Below are positions 19,472 to 29,345 of a DNA stretch of 64,000 bases, piece by piece. The translations under genes were made by a program, and so were the position numbers. The first letter of the stretch is position 1; each line of letters starts with the position of its first letter. The stretch is from Microgenomates group bacterium (GTDB lineage Bacteria > Patescibacteriota > Microgenomatia > UBA1400 > MFAQ01), in the NCBI GenBank assembly GCA_049303575.1, contig JBAQNH010000002.1:636541-700540 (forward strand). Reading direction: 5' to 3'. The notes beneath the pieces are model-generated. The model ran no database searches, was not told where the DNA came from, and was given only the letters and a program-made list of their open reading frames with translations.

Positions 19472-20344
19472 ATGCCCCGGTCCAACAACCGCACCCTTGC
19501 CTACATCATTCTTTTGTTAAATACCGCTCTCTGGGGTTTTTCCGCACCTATCATCAAATACTCCTTTCAATTCACTTCCCCTTCTCTTTTTCTTTTCTAT
19601 CGCTATTTTATTGCCGCAGCTCTTTTTCTTCCCGTTTTTCTCCTCTACCGCTCCAGAAACCACCACCACATCAACCACCTCAAAACGATTGGTATCGCCC
19701 TTCTCGGCACCCCTCTTTGTTTACTCCCTCTTTTTTATGGACTTAATCAAACCTCCGCTATCGAAGCTTCCATTCTTGAGTCTAGCAGCCCCATTTTCAC
19801 CATCGTTATGGCTATTCTTTTCCTTGGTGAAAAATTAAAACCAAAGGAAACAAAGGGGCTTTTAATCGCCTTACTCGGAACCGCCGTTATTGCCTTCGAA
19901 CCCCTTATCACCGGCGCTAACCATGTCCGGCTATCTCTCGAAGGGAATCTCTTAATCATTTTAAGCAATATTATCTGGACTTCTTTCCTCCTTTTGTCCA
20001 AAAAATTCAAAACAGACCCCGTCTACCTTTCCTTTTACTCTTTTATAGTCAGCATCCCCTTTTTCTTCCTTATACATTCTTCCCAAGGTCTCTCTTTCGC
20101 TCTCAATATCGAGGCCCTTCCCGGTATTCTCTACATGGCCATCGGAGGCTCCATCATCGCTTTTTGGGCCTACCAAGAAGGCCAGAGGCGTATCGAGGCG
20201 TCCGAAGCGGCTATCTTCACTTATCTCAAACCCGCCTTCGCCATTCCCCTCTCTATATTATGGCTAAAAGAAGCCTTTTCTCCCGTCGCCATTATGGCCA
20301 CGTTCCTCATCATTGTGGGTGTTTTTATCTCCGAAAAACGTTAA
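19472..20344 (+). CDS. EamA/DMT-family transporter
   Basis: 10-TM two-repeat DMT topology. Confidence 0.7.
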   Translation: MPRSNNRTLAYIILLLNTALWGFSAPIIKYSFQFTSPSLFLFYRYFIAAALFLPVFLLYRSRNHHHINHLKTIGIALLGTPLCLLPLFYGLNQTSAIEASILESSSPIFTIVMAILFLGEKLKPKETKGLLIALLGTAVIAFEPLITGANHVRLSLEGNLLIILSNIIWTSFLLLSKKFKTDPVYLSFYSFIVSIPFFFLIHSSQGLSFALNIEALPGILYMAIGGSIIAFWAYQEGQRRIEASEAAIFTYLKPAFAIPLSILWLKEAFSPVAIMATFLIIVGVFISEKR

Positions 20345-20350
20345 TTTTGC

Positions 20351-20384
20351 TTGACTTTCTAGCTTCCCTATGCTACTATAGGCC
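20351..20384 (+). promoter_or_regulatory. promoter TTGACT-17-TGcTACTAT (copy 2 of the near-identical pair)
   Basis: see 15253..15286. Confidence 0.55.
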
Positions 20385-20431
20385 ATGCGTTTGCAACCTT
20401 AAAATTCTAACCTGAAACCGAAAGAGAAATA

Positions 20432-20704
20432 ATGAAAAAGCTTGTCTCAAGGTATTTTCACTCAAAAACCGCCACCATTCGCTCCCTAGCCGCGATATCT
20501 TCAGTCATCTCCTTCATCTTCCTGAGTGTTGTCTGGGTCATTGCTATGATTTATGCCTTCGAGCACAACGGGCAATTCCCGACCATAAATAACTTCTACT
20601 TCGTCTACTGCCCGACCGTCGTTCTTGCCATATCCCAGGCAATCTTCTACCCACTCGATCACTCTTTATGGCAGGATAGCTTGCGTGATCCCGATCACCG
20701 ATAA
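20432..20704 (+). CDS. small membrane protein (90 aa)
   Basis: two hydrophobic helices. Confidence 0.45.
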   Translation: MKKLVSRYFHSKTATIRSLAAISSVISFIFLSVVWVIAMIYAFEHNGQFPTINNFYFVYCPTVVLAISQAIFYPLDHSLWQDSLRDPDHR

Positions 20705-20719
20705 CCTTTAGGAGACCAA

Positions 20720-20911
20720 ATGTTCATCCAAATTGTCTTTCTTATATTCGGAATTGTTCTTCTCGTAATCGGTGCTCCAATGGCCGAAGGAGGAGTGTCG
20801 GATCCTTACAACATCTATAAAATGATTGTCGGCGCGGAAATGACCATCGCCGGAGTGATCATTGTGACTCTGTCTTTTTTTGCCATCTTTCCCCAGTTGT
20901 CACCTTTCTAA
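20720..20911 (+). CDS. small membrane protein (63 aa)
   Basis: two hydrophobic helices. Confidence 0.45.
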   Translation: MFIQIVFLIFGIVLLVIGAPMAEGGVSDPYNIYKMIVGAEMTIAGVIIVTLSFFAIFPQLSPF

Positions 20912-20951
20912 AAATCTCTCTGCCGTGCTTTTCCAATTCAAAGGAGGTCCA

Positions 20952-21104
20952 ATGTTACCTCAATCGTCGGTTGTAAAACGCAAGACAACTATTTTTCCCT
21001 TACGCAAACCGGGAACATATCTGTCGATTGCAGATTACAAAATCATTGTTTTTCCACTTCCCCCCTGCAGAATACGTTTACCCAAAAAGTGTATTCTTCC
21101 ATAA
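20952..21104 (+). CDS. possible small basic peptide (50 aa)
   Basis: AAAGGAGG RBS 5 nt before ATG; terminator follows. Confidence 0.3.
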   Translation: MLPQSSVVKRKTTIFPLRKPGTYLSIADYKIIVFPLPPCRIRLPKKCILP

Positions 21105-21117
21105 CGTTAAACACTTT

Positions 21118-21142
21118 GAGCCCCATCCGGGGCTCTTTTTTT
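21118..21142 (+). terminator. rho-independent terminator
   Basis: gagcccc-atcc-ggggctc hairpin followed by a T7 run. Confidence 0.7.
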
Positions 21143-21171
21143 GTGCCAAAACTAGCCTCCTGTGATACAAT

Positions 21172-21516
21172 ATGAAGGCTATGAAACAGAATCTACATCC
21201 TGAATACCAAGAAACAACCGTCACCTGCGCTTGCGGGAATGTTTTTACTGTCGGCGGAACCTCAAAAGCACTCCACGTTGACGTGTGTGACAAGTGTCAC
21301 CCCTTCTTTACCGGCACCCAAAGATTCATCGACTCCATGGGTCGTGTTGATAAATTCATCGCCAAACGCAAAGCCGCTGTTGGCTATGTCAGAAAGGGCA
21401 AAGAAAAGAAAGAAGTCGACACCAACCCCAAAACTCTCAAAGAAATGCTCGAGGCTAAGAAAAAGGCCGAAGCCAAAGCCGTTGAGTCCAAAGTTGAAGA
21501 AACCTCAGCCGAGTAG
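21172..21516 (+). CDS. rpmE: ribosomal protein L31 with K/E-rich C-terminal extension
   Basis: NLHPEY...CACGN...[10 protein letters not shown] zinc-ribbon L31 core followed by about 45 Lys/Glu/Ala-rich residues. Confidence 0.85.
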   Translation: MKAMKQNLHPEYQETTVTCACGNVFTVGGTSKALHVDVCDKCHPFFTGTQRFIDSMGRVDKFIAKRKAAVGYVRKGKEKKEVDTNPKTLKEMLEAKKKAEAKAVESKVEETSAE

Positions 21517-21571
21517 CTGAAGCCCGCCTTAAAAGCGTCTCCCTTTACCAATGTACAATTAATCTAATACC

Positions 21572-22492
21572 ATGGATAATCCGTACATTGCCTCCGAAAT
21601 CACCCGTATCGAAAACGAAATTAGCGCCAATGAGGCCTTAATTAACGATCCAGACCTGGGTGCTCTCGCCAAGCAGGAAATCGACAAGCTCCAAAAACAA
21701 CTTGAGTCTCTTCAAAACAGTCAAACCTCCAAAGAGGAAGAAACCGAAGACTCTGAAAACTTCAATGACTCTCCTGCCATTGTTGAAATTCGTGGTGCCG
21801 CTGGAGGTGATGAATCAAAAATTTTTGCCAACGACCTACTCCGAATGTATACCCGCTTCGCCCAAGAAAAAGGTTTTACTGTTGAAAATATTGATGATGG
21901 CGTTGTCAAATTCTCTCGCCCCAATCGCAGCCTATGGGACCACGGTGCTTTTGAGACCTTTCAATATGAATCGGGAGTTCATCGAGTCCAACGAGTTCCC
22001 GTCACTGAAGCTCAAGGGCGCATTCAAACCTCTACGGCAACAGTCGCCGTTCTCCCTGAAGTAAAACCAACCCAAGTAGAGCTTCTCGACAACGATCTTG
22101 ACTGGCAGTTCACTAGAGCAGGTGGACCGGGCGGTCAAAACGTCAATAAGGTCAACACCGCCGTCCGCCTTACCCACAAACCTACCGGTATCACCGTCTT
22201 TGTGCACGAGGAAAGATATCAGGCCAGAAACAAAGAAATCGCTCTTAATATGATCCGCTCCAAAATCTGGCAACTGCAAGAAGAAAAACGCCTTAGTACC
22301 CTCTCCGATAAACGATCTCAAGCTGTTGGCTCTGGTATGCGTGCCGAAAAGGTCAAAACTTACAACTTTCCCCAGAACCGTCTCACCGATCACCGCCTTG
22401 GTAAATCTTGGCACAATCTCAAAGAAATCCTGGAGGGTGATCTGGCAAATGTCTTTGAATTCACCATCGCCGAGTTCGCCGCACTTGAATAA
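21572..22492 (+). CDS. prfA: peptide chain release factor 1
   Basis: GGQ motif ([11 protein letters not shown]) and [17 protein letters not shown] PxT-type codon-recognition motif. Confidence 0.85.
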   Translation: MDNPYIASEITRIENEISANEALINDPDLGALAKQEIDKLQKQLESLQNSQTSKEEETEDSENFNDSPAIVEIRGAAGGDESKIFANDLLRMYTRFAQEKGFTVENIDDGVVKFSRPNRSLWDHGAFETFQYESGVHRVQRVPVTEAQGRIQTSTATVAVLPEVKPTQVELLDNDLDWQFTRAGGPGGQNVNKVNTAVRLTHKPTGITVFVHEERYQARNKEIALNMIRSKIWQLQEEKRLSTLSDKRSQAVGSGMRAEKVKTYNFPQNRLTDHRLGKSWHNLKEILEGDLANVFEFTIAEFAALE

Positions 22493-22554
22493 TTGCATAA
22501 TATAAGATAAAATCTCCCCATCTGAACGTTCACAACTAGGAAAAAGGAGAAACA

Positions 22555-23055
22555 ATGAGCACAATTGTTGCCGTTCTTGCCATCGGCTGTTTCGTTTACG
22601 TTACTCTGTATTTAATCATGTTCAAACCCCTTCAGTTGTACTCAAATCTGATTAAAATCAAAAGGGGGCTAGAGAGGAGTGGTGCCACTGATGAACAAGA
22701 TTCATCCGATCATCTCTCCAAAACGCTTGTTAGCGCCCCTGGTGCCCTTTTCCAAGCCTGCCTCTTTATTGTCTTGGATCTGCTGTCCACCATTGCTGAG
22801 ATAATCGTCATCACTTATGCCCTCACAAATAACCTTGGCTACCCTTCCTTCGGCTACGTCGCTTTGGGCATTGTCCTTGTTGTTAGCATCGTCTGGACAA
22901 TTTTTGATGGCAAACGCATAAAGAAAAATCAGGAACTTGCCGATTCAAAAAACGAAGAGTACCTCCCCAAACGCAATTGGTTTCATTTAGGTCTCAGTTT
23001 TCTGGTTGATGTCTACTGCCTCTACATCTTCTTAATCCTCATCAACCTCATCTAA
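22555..23055 (+). CDS. hypothetical membrane protein
   Basis: RBS AAGGAG; hydrophobic helices; terminator at 23068..23093. Confidence 0.5.
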   Translation: MSTIVAVLAIGCFVYVTLYLIMFKPLQLYSNLIKIKRGLERSGATDEQDSSDHLSKTLVSAPGALFQACLFIVLDLLSTIAEIIVITYALTNNLGYPSFGYVALGIVLVVSIVWTIFDGKRIKKNQELADSKNEEYLPKRNWFHLGLSFLVDVYCLYIFLILINLI

Positions 23056-23067
23056 AAACATTCTCTA

Positions 23068-23093
23068 CCCCCGCTCAAAAGGCGGGTTTTTTG
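23068..23093. terminator. hairpin terminator shared by convergent genes
   Basis: cccgc-tcaaaag-gcggg followed by a T run. Confidence 0.6.
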
Positions 23094-23100
23094 TAGTAAT

Positions 23101-24312
23101 TTATCTCTTAGCGATGATGATCCCCTTCAGTACTTCCAATGCTTTATCGAGTTGGTTATCTACTGTTGGATTCTTTTCATCAAAGATATATTTAATCGTT
23201 ACATCCGGCTCAAGACCATCACCATGAATATTCTTTCCCGATGGTAAAAGCCACTCAGCCACAGTGACATGCAGACCAGAACCGTCGGGTAATTCCTGAG
23301 CTTCCTGTACTGTTCCTTTGCCAAAACTCTTCTCACCCACCAACTTAACTCCTAAACTTTCTCTCAGAGCTCCGGCCAAAATCTCCGACGCCGACGCCGA
23401 TCCCTTATTAATAAGTACTACCAAGGGCATTCCGATTAGTTTTCCGTTGCGATTAACGTTCATCACTTCCGTTTTAAATTTGTCTCTTTGTTTCACAATT
23501 ACACCACTGGAAATAAACTCACTTCCCAAATCAACGGCTCTTTGTAAATATCCACCTGGATTATTTCGCAGATCCAAAATCACTCCGGTCGCATTTTTAT
23601 TCTTTACTTCTGTCACAATTTTGTTCCACTCTGTTAATGTCTGCTCACCAAACTTACTTACAGTAATTACTGCCACTCTCCCATCATCAATCCATTTAAT
23701 TTCAGAAGAGGGAACTTTGATTGTATCGCGTACTAAAGTTACTTCTTTGGATGTTTTATCCCCTTCTCTAAACGTGGTCAAAATTACCTCGGTTCCCTTC
23801 TCTCCTCTAATTAAATTGACGGCGTCTGTTACGGTGATACCGGAAGTGTCTTTATCAACATTGTTTTTCTTGTCGGCAATATTCAAAATCAAATCCCCTG
23901 CTCTGACTCCCGCTTTCATGGCCGGACTATCTTTTAATGGAGCAATTACCGCCAATGTTTTATCAATAAATCCCAATTCGATTCCCACTCCACCAAACTC
24001 TCCCGAAAGATCTTCCTTGGATCTACTGTTGTCTACCGGTGGAAAAAAATTTGTGTAAGGGTCACCCAAAGCTCTCGTCATTCCCTCGGTAGCTCCATAC
24101 TTAAGCTTTGTAGCGTCAATGTCCTCGGTTTTGAGATAACTTTCTTTCAGCCTTCCCAGAACATCATTCATCGATGTCGTGTCAATCGCCGTCAGAGACC
24201 TAATTTTTTGTTCTGCTTTCCACTCGCCCAACCTAAACCCTCCATACACCAAACCTCCGGAAATAATGATAACCAGAAGCAACTGCCTAATTTTTTTTAG
24301 GTTCATGGACAA
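23101..24312 (-). CDS. ctpA: S41-family C-terminal processing peptidase
   Basis: PDZ and S41 motifs (LRNNPGGYL, GSASASEILAGAL). Confidence 0.85.
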   Translation of the reverse strand: MSMNLKKIRQLLLVIIISGGLVYGGFRLGEWKAEQKIRSLTAIDTTSMNDVLGRLKESYLKTEDIDATKLKYGATEGMTRALGDPYTNFFPPVDNSRSKEDLSGEFGGVGIELGFIDKTLAVIAPLKDSPAMKAGVRAGDLILNIADKKNNVDKDTSGITVTDAVNLIRGEKGTEVILTTFREGDKTSKEVTLVRDTIKVPSSEIKWIDDGRVAVITVSKFGEQTLTEWNKIVTEVKNKNATGVILDLRNNPGGYLQRAVDLGSEFISSGVIVKQRDKFKTEVMNVNRNGKLIGMPLVVLINKGSASASEILAGALRESLGVKLVGEKSFGKGTVQEAQELPDGSGLHVTVAEWLLPSGKNIHGDGLEPDVTIKYIFDEKNPTVDNQLDKALEVLKGIIIAKR

Positions 24313-24334
24313 AAACAGATATTAAATTTGCTAA

Positions 24335-24565
24335 TTAAACTTTATCGGTTACAGGAAGAAGAGCCAAATGTCTGGCACGTTTTATAGAACGAGCTAGTCG
24401 GAGCTGATGTTTTTCACAAACACCAGTAGTCCAACGAGACACAATTCTCTTCTTAGGCGACACGCCAATTGCGAGAGACTCGAGGTCGGAGTATACCGGC
24501 TCGGTTTTCTTTACGCAGAATGGACATGGCTTACTTGACTTTCTGATTTTCTTTTTTATGATCAT
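24335..24565 (-). CDS. rpsR: ribosomal protein S18
   Basis: KPCPFCVKK...RIVSRWTTGVCEKHQLRLARSIKRARHLALLP. Confidence 0.9.
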   Translation of the reverse strand: MIIKKKIRKSSKPCPFCVKKTEPVYSDLESLAIGVSPKKRIVSRWTTGVCEKHQLRLARSIKRARHLALLPVTDKV

Positions 24566-24591
24566 TTTATTTTTTTATATATATCTAATAT

Positions 24592-25104
24592 TTAGAAAGG
24601 AATCTCATCAGACTCCTCTACTACCTCTTCTTTTTTTGACTTTTTTTCCGTCTTATCTTCTTTCTCAGGATTAAACACTTCTTCGGCTGCAGTAACATCA
24701 GCAATTGGTGAAACAGCATCGTCTGAACTGTAGTGAGTTTCATATCCGCCCTCAGGACGATCGCCCTTAGGAGAGTCCAAAAGAATCATTTCGTCGATTA
24801 CCACTTCGGTTACTTGCCTATCGGCACCATCTTGGCTTTTCCAAGCTCTGGTCTGTAAACGACCTTCTACATAAACCTTGCGGCCTTTGGTCATTAACTG
24901 AGAACAAATCTCACCCAACTTTCCCCAAGCAACAATGCGATGAAACTCTGCCCCTTCTTGCTTCTGGCCGCTTGAGTCCGTCCACTCACGATTTGTTGCC
25001 AAACCAAAAGTACAGACTCCGGTCCCCGAAGGAGTGTATTTCAACTCGGGGTCGCGGGTCAGGTTACCAATTAACTGAACTTTGTTTAAACTTCTTGTAC
25101 TCAT
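24592..25104 (-). CDS. ssb: single-stranded DNA-binding protein
   Basis: OB-fold core and acidic C-terminal tail ending DEIPF. Confidence 0.9.
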   Translation of the reverse strand: MSTRSLNKVQLIGNLTRDPELKYTPSGTGVCTFGLATNREWTDSSGQKQEGAEFHRIVAWGKLGEICSQLMTKGRKVYVEGRLQTRAWKSQDGADRQVTEVVIDEMILLDSPKGDRPEGGYETHYSSDDAVSPIADVTAAEEVFNPEKEDKTEKKSKKEEVVEESDEIPF

Positions 25105-25121
25105 TTTTTCCTCCTCTTTTT

Positions 25122-25442
25122 TTAAATCCTAATCAATAAATATCTTAACAGTTTGTCATCCATCTGCAAATCTCTCTCTAGTTCTTTGGCTGCTGTTGGA
25201 GCGCCTTCGATGGTCAGTTTGAGGTAATATCCTCTACTCTGTTTTTTAATCTCGTAAGCCATGGTTTTCGTTCCCCACTTATCAACTTCCACCACTTTCA
25301 AAGCGCGTTTCTTGCACTTCTCGGTAATGGCTTTTTCTGCACCGATTTCATTCTCGGAAACAGGATAAATGACAACGAGCTCGTACTTGTTTAAGGTCGA
25401 ACCCATGGACGGTTTGGTTTCGGTTGTCTTTGTTTTTTTCAC
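25122..25442 (-). CDS. rpsF: ribosomal protein S6
   Basis: YELVVIY... conserved S6 fold; rpsF-ssb-rpsR order. Confidence 0.85.
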   Translation of the reverse strand: MKKTKTTETKPSMGSTLNKYELVVIYPVSENEIGAEKAITEKCKKRALKVVEVDKWGTKTMAYEIKKQSRGYYLKLTIEGAPTAAKELERDLQMDDKLLRYLLIRI

Positions 25443-25531
25443 CTTTTTTGGTTTTTAATAACAAGATATTCTACCATAGATAGCCACAAAAAACCCTCTA
25501 AGATTAGTTCTTAGAGGGAATAAGTTTCCTG

Positions 25532-25720
25532 TCATACATTAAGCAGTGACAGGATAAATACCACAAACATAACGATGGTCAATATGACAAAGGTCAAAAA
25601 TAGTATCTTTGCCGCTTTTGGGCTGACTGGCAGTCCATTGTTAAAATCCTGAATCCTTAGGACGCAGGCTGCGGCCAAAACGAAAAAGCCTAACGAAGCC
25701 CCACAAAACAAGGTTGCCAT
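25532..25720 (-). CDS. small membrane protein (62 aa)
   Basis: AGGAGG RBS 4 nt before the Met of MATLF; two TM helices. Confidence 0.4.
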   Translation of the reverse strand: MATLFCGASLGFFVLAAACVLRIQDFNNGLPVSPKAAKILFLTFVILTIVMFVVFILSLLNV

Positions 25721-25779
25721 CTTTCCTCCTGTTAATGTATAGCCTGTAATATAACACAACTGTGCCTAAAAGTCAAATC

Positions 25780-26826
25780 TTACCCCCCAATCATGAACTC
25801 CACCACGTCCCCATCCTTCATCTCGTACTCTTTCCCCTCAAACCTCACCCTACCCTTGTCTGCCGCCTCTTTCCAACCACCAGCTTCCACAAATTTGTCG
25901 TAATCACATACTTTAGCCTTGATAAACTTCTTTTCAAAATCGGTGTGAATTACGCCTGCCGCCTGCGGAGCTTTTGTCCCCCTGGTAATAGTCCAAGCTC
26001 TACTCTCCATCTCTCCGGTCGTTAAAAAGGAAATCAAGCCCAAACCGCTGTAGGCCTTTTTAATTAAAAGGTCTAAACCGCTCTCCCTAATTCCTAACTC
26101 GGCCATATATGCCCTGGCATCTGCCTCATCCAAACTTGACAGCTCCGACTCCACTTTTGCACTTATATATAGTGCATCCCCCATTGGTTCACGCAAACGA
26201 GGATCTGTTTCCGCCACGTTATAAACTCGAATTTCCTTCTTGGCTGTCAGTAAAAATAGATCACGCGCCAACTCCAACTCAATTTCATCTTTCAGAATTT
26301 CTCGGGCTGGCTTACCCTCATTCAGTCCGGCAAAAAGTTTCTCGACGACAGCCTTCTTTTTTTCTGCTCCCTTGGCTTTGATATCCTTACTCTCCATCGC
26401 CTTACTCACTGTTTCCAAATCCTTCAATATTAGCTCTGTTTCCACGACACTGTAGTCAGTTTCGGGGTCAACCGAACCTTCTTTTACAATTTCTGAGTCC
26501 TCAAAATCCCTCATTACCTGTAAAATCACGTCTACTTCCCGAATATGAGTCAAAAACTTGTTCCCCAGACCTGCTCCGGTTGCCGCTCCGGCCACCAAAC
26601 CAGCAATATCCACAAATTCCACGGTCGCTGGAACTACTCTTCCAGAATGAGATATATCAGAGAGCACTTTTAGCCTCTCGTCAGGCACTTCTACCACTCC
26701 TACATTGGGTTCTATCGTCGCAAAGGGGTAATTTGCCACCAAAGCCTGCTGACGCTTCAAAAGCGCGTTAAAAAGCGTAGACTTCCCTACGTTTGGTAAA
26801 CCAACTATTCCTACTCTAAGTGACAT
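25780..26826 (-). CDS. ychF: redox-regulated ATPase YchF (Obg-family GTPase)
   Basis: MSLRVGIVGLPNVGKSTLFNALL G1 motif and TGS C-terminal domain. Confidence 0.9.
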   Translation of the reverse strand: MSLRVGIVGLPNVGKSTLFNALLKRQQALVANYPFATIEPNVGVVEVPDERLKVLSDISHSGRVVPATVEFVDIAGLVAGAATGAGLGNKFLTHIREVDVILQVMRDFEDSEIVKEGSVDPETDYSVVETELILKDLETVSKAMESKDIKAKGAEKKKAVVEKLFAGLNEGKPAREILKDEIELELARDLFLLTAKKEIRVYNVAETDPRLREPMGDALYISAKVESELSSLDEADARAYMAELGIRESGLDLLIKKAYSGLGLISFLTTGEMESRAWTITRGTKAPQAAGVIHTDFEKKFIKAKVCDYDKFVEAGGWKEAADKGRVRFEGKEYEMKDGDVVEFMIGG

Positions 26827-26842
26827 ATCCCGATTTTTCCTT

Positions 26843-27880
26843 TCATTTAAAATCCCCCTTCTTTAAGCTTAATGTTTTTTTATGCAATTCTTGAATAAAA
26901 TTATCGAGTATGTCCAGGTGTTCTAAAGCTTGAGATTTACTGTTAAATACGGGGTCTTGTTGCGGAACAATCGACTCATTCAACATGGACAACAATGATG
27001 AATTGTGGGTAATTCTTCCTCTATAATTGAAAATCATTTCAAGCTTCCTGAAATCTTCACCTTTTATTCCTAATTCATGAAATCGAATATTGTAACCATG
27101 AAAATAAATACTTTTACATTCATTTTTGAAATCTTGAAAATTAATAGTATTTAGCATTTCTTCACTATTGGAATATTTTTTACTTGGCCTCATTTTTTCA
27201 AATATTTTTGCAAAATCAGGAACAATACCCTCTTCTTCGAGTTCTGTAAATCTCCGTTTTGTGTAAACCTCAAACCCTGTAACCATTAGTGGAAAAGTAA
27301 GATTTGCAATAATCATATCGAAAATATATCCCTGCTTTGACTCACCCGAATGAAGTATTTTTATGATTTCTTTTGTTTCGTTCCAAGATCCCAAAGCAGT
27401 AGATTCTAGTATGGTTTTTCCTCCTAGCGTCGCCCTTAACCCCATCACTTGATTTCCTACGACGTCTCCAACTTGAATAATTCCTCCATCTTTTGCCACA
27501 CGAAATGTTTTACTTGATGGAGTCCCTTTTGCACTTACTAATGTAGCACCATTAATTTTTGGACCTACATGTAGGTTAATTTCTCCTGGTGACCAGGAAA
27601 AACCAAAAAATGTTTTTTTGCTCGGCTTCATTTCTTTTAAATCTACAACAGCAACTCGCGTTCCAGTCCCAGGTGAAGAATAATAGAAATGTATTTCTGC
27701 ATTATTTGTTCTTTCAAGACGAAAATAATGTCCTCCAGATGGAACTTCAAATATTATACCTCCCGGAATATTTGGATCGTACAGATCAACTTCTGCAGTA
27801 TATGTAAAAGTCATCGTACCCTCTGGTCTTTTTAGAGCTTTGCTGATTTGTTCTAAAATTTTTGGCGATAAATTTTTCAT
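26843..27880 (-). CDS. hypothetical 345-aa protein, co-operonic with the QueC-like gene
   Basis: no recognisable motif (no Walker A, no TGT zinc site, no TatD HxH, no clear NTase GS..DxD). Confidence 0.5.
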   Translation of the reverse strand: MKNLSPKILEQISKALKRPEGTMTFTYTAEVDLYDPNIPGGIIFEVPSGGHYFRLERTNNAEIHFYYSSPGTGTRVAVVDLKEMKPSKKTFFGFSWSPGEINLHVGPKINGATLVSAKGTPSSKTFRVAKDGGIIQVGDVVGNQVMGLRATLGGKTILESTALGSWNETKEIIKILHSGESKQGYIFDMIIANLTFPLMVTGFEVYTKRRFTELEEEGIVPDFAKIFEKMRPSKKYSNSEEMLNTINFQDFKNECKSIYFHGYNIRFHELGIKGEDFRKLEMIFNYRGRITHNSSLLSMLNESIVPQQDPVFNSKSQALEHLDILDNFIQELHKKTLSLKKGDFK

Positions 27881-27966
27881 AATTTTTCTTTTCCTTTAGG
27901 TTGGTAAAATAAGCCCGAACATAAATTATAAGACTTCCCTACTCTAAGTGACATCGCCTAATTTTA

Positions 27967-29091
27967 TCATCTGAGCTGCTCCAGATGCTTCAGGAAACTT
28001 GCCGTGACCAAATCTCCGTTGTGCCTATACTTTCTCAACCAGCCATAGGTATCTTTTACAAAGTACTCTATTTCTTCTTTAGGTACCGACTCAAATCTTG
28101 GATCATGGTATAAAAGCCTTCCCATGGTCATTCTCCGACATTTCAGACAACTTCCGCACCAGTGTTCGGAACTGTTTTTGGCAATTTCCGGCGTCTCCCG
28201 TACCCACTTTCGTCTTGAATTGGGCAGCTGATAAGTAGCACTAAAACAGTTCTGTACTAGCGGAATAATCTCTATCCCCAAACTCTTTTCTAGTCTAATT
28301 ACCTCACCTACCGTCTCGATATCCCCCACATCGACACCTTCTACCTCCATTTTCAAATTAACCTCGGCAATTAGTTTGTTAAACATCTTCCAAGCTCCTG
28401 CATTCTCGCTAAAATGACTTTTGGTTGGATCTTCAACCATATCTCCCTCCACCAAAACTTTATTTACCCCGTAAGGATAAACCGTGACTGCCGAAACAAT
28501 CGCCAGTAAAAAGTCGCGCGTTCTCATGGTATTAAAACCGTCATTTTTTGAGTTGTTTCGGAGACGTACCAGTTCATATGGTATCTTCCACTCCTCACAC
28601 TGTTTTTTACTTGCCACAAACTCCTCGTGATTTCCTTTTCTGTTCAAATTCCTTAGATGAACCGCCACAGTTGACTTCTTTTTCTCCTGCATCAGTGCCA
28701 GTCGATAGGCCGAGTCCAAACCACCGGAATGCGCACTGGCATACTCAACCTTTTGAAGATCCTCCCCTTCCCCCTTCTGTTTTTCGATTTTAATTTCCTC
28801 AGACATTTTAAAAATAGGTGGTCGATATCCGTAGTACTTATACAACTCATCAATAAACACTTTTTCGGTCACCCCAAAATTTGTCTCCACAATTTTTGGA
28901 AAAAATGGTGCTATAAGATGTGCCACCATCACGGTTCTCATCAACCCCATTCCTTCTTCCGGTACCCCTACATAATCTCTGTGTTCTACAAGACCCAGTC
29001 CTCTTTTTTCTCCGGTCAACACATCCATATCCAGAAAATCTTTTCCGGATACTTTTATGTGGATTCGCTCGCACTGTTCAATGCTTGGCAT
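27967..29091 (-). CDS. QueC-like PP-loop ATPase (7-cyano-7-deazaguanine-synthase family) with roughly 110-aa N-terminal extension
   Basis: SAHSGGLDSAYRL PP-loop (SGGxDS) and C-terminal WCGSCLKCRRM Cys cluster, as in the QueC Zn site. Confidence 0.7.
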   Translation of the reverse strand: MPSIEQCERIHIKVSGKDFLDMDVLTGEKRGLGLVEHRDYVGVPEEGMGLMRTVMVAHLIAPFFPKIVETNFGVTEKVFIDELYKYYGYRPPIFKMSEEIKIEKQKGEGEDLQKVEYASAHSGGLDSAYRLALMQEKKKSTVAVHLRNLNRKGNHEEFVASKKQCEEWKIPYELVRLRNNSKNDGFNTMRTRDFLLAIVSAVTVYPYGVNKVLVEGDMVEDPTKSHFSENAGAWKMFNKLIAEVNLKMEVEGVDVGDIETVGEVIRLEKSLGIEIIPLVQNCFSATYQLPNSRRKWVRETPEIAKNSSEHWCGSCLKCRRMTMGRLLYHDPRFESVPKEEIEYFVKDTYGWLRKYRHNGDLVTASFLKHLEQLR

Positions 29092-29345
29092 GGGGATAAT
29101 ATATCACGAGAGTATAAATAGAGAAAAAATTGACCAAAAAAGGCAGGTCCTAAAACCTGCTTAATATATTTAAACGTTAGCTCGACGAAGCCAACAGTAT
29201 CGACAGAATCATTGCTAAATACGATCAGAAAGGTTACGGCCCACATTACTGATCAAAACACCGGGACTGTAGTTTGGCGAGAATCTTGAATCTCCCAAAA
29301 CATAAATGCTAAAATTAGCCTGTATTAAAACTACAGACTTTTTTA

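Noticed and set aside
26843-27880. The 345-aa QueC-neighbour as a CD-NTase, TGT or TatD (known partners of QueC-like enzymes)
   Set aside because: It lacks the GS...DxD nucleotidyltransferase pattern in usable spacing, has no CxCxxC...H zinc site, and has no N-terminal HxH. It is left as unknown.
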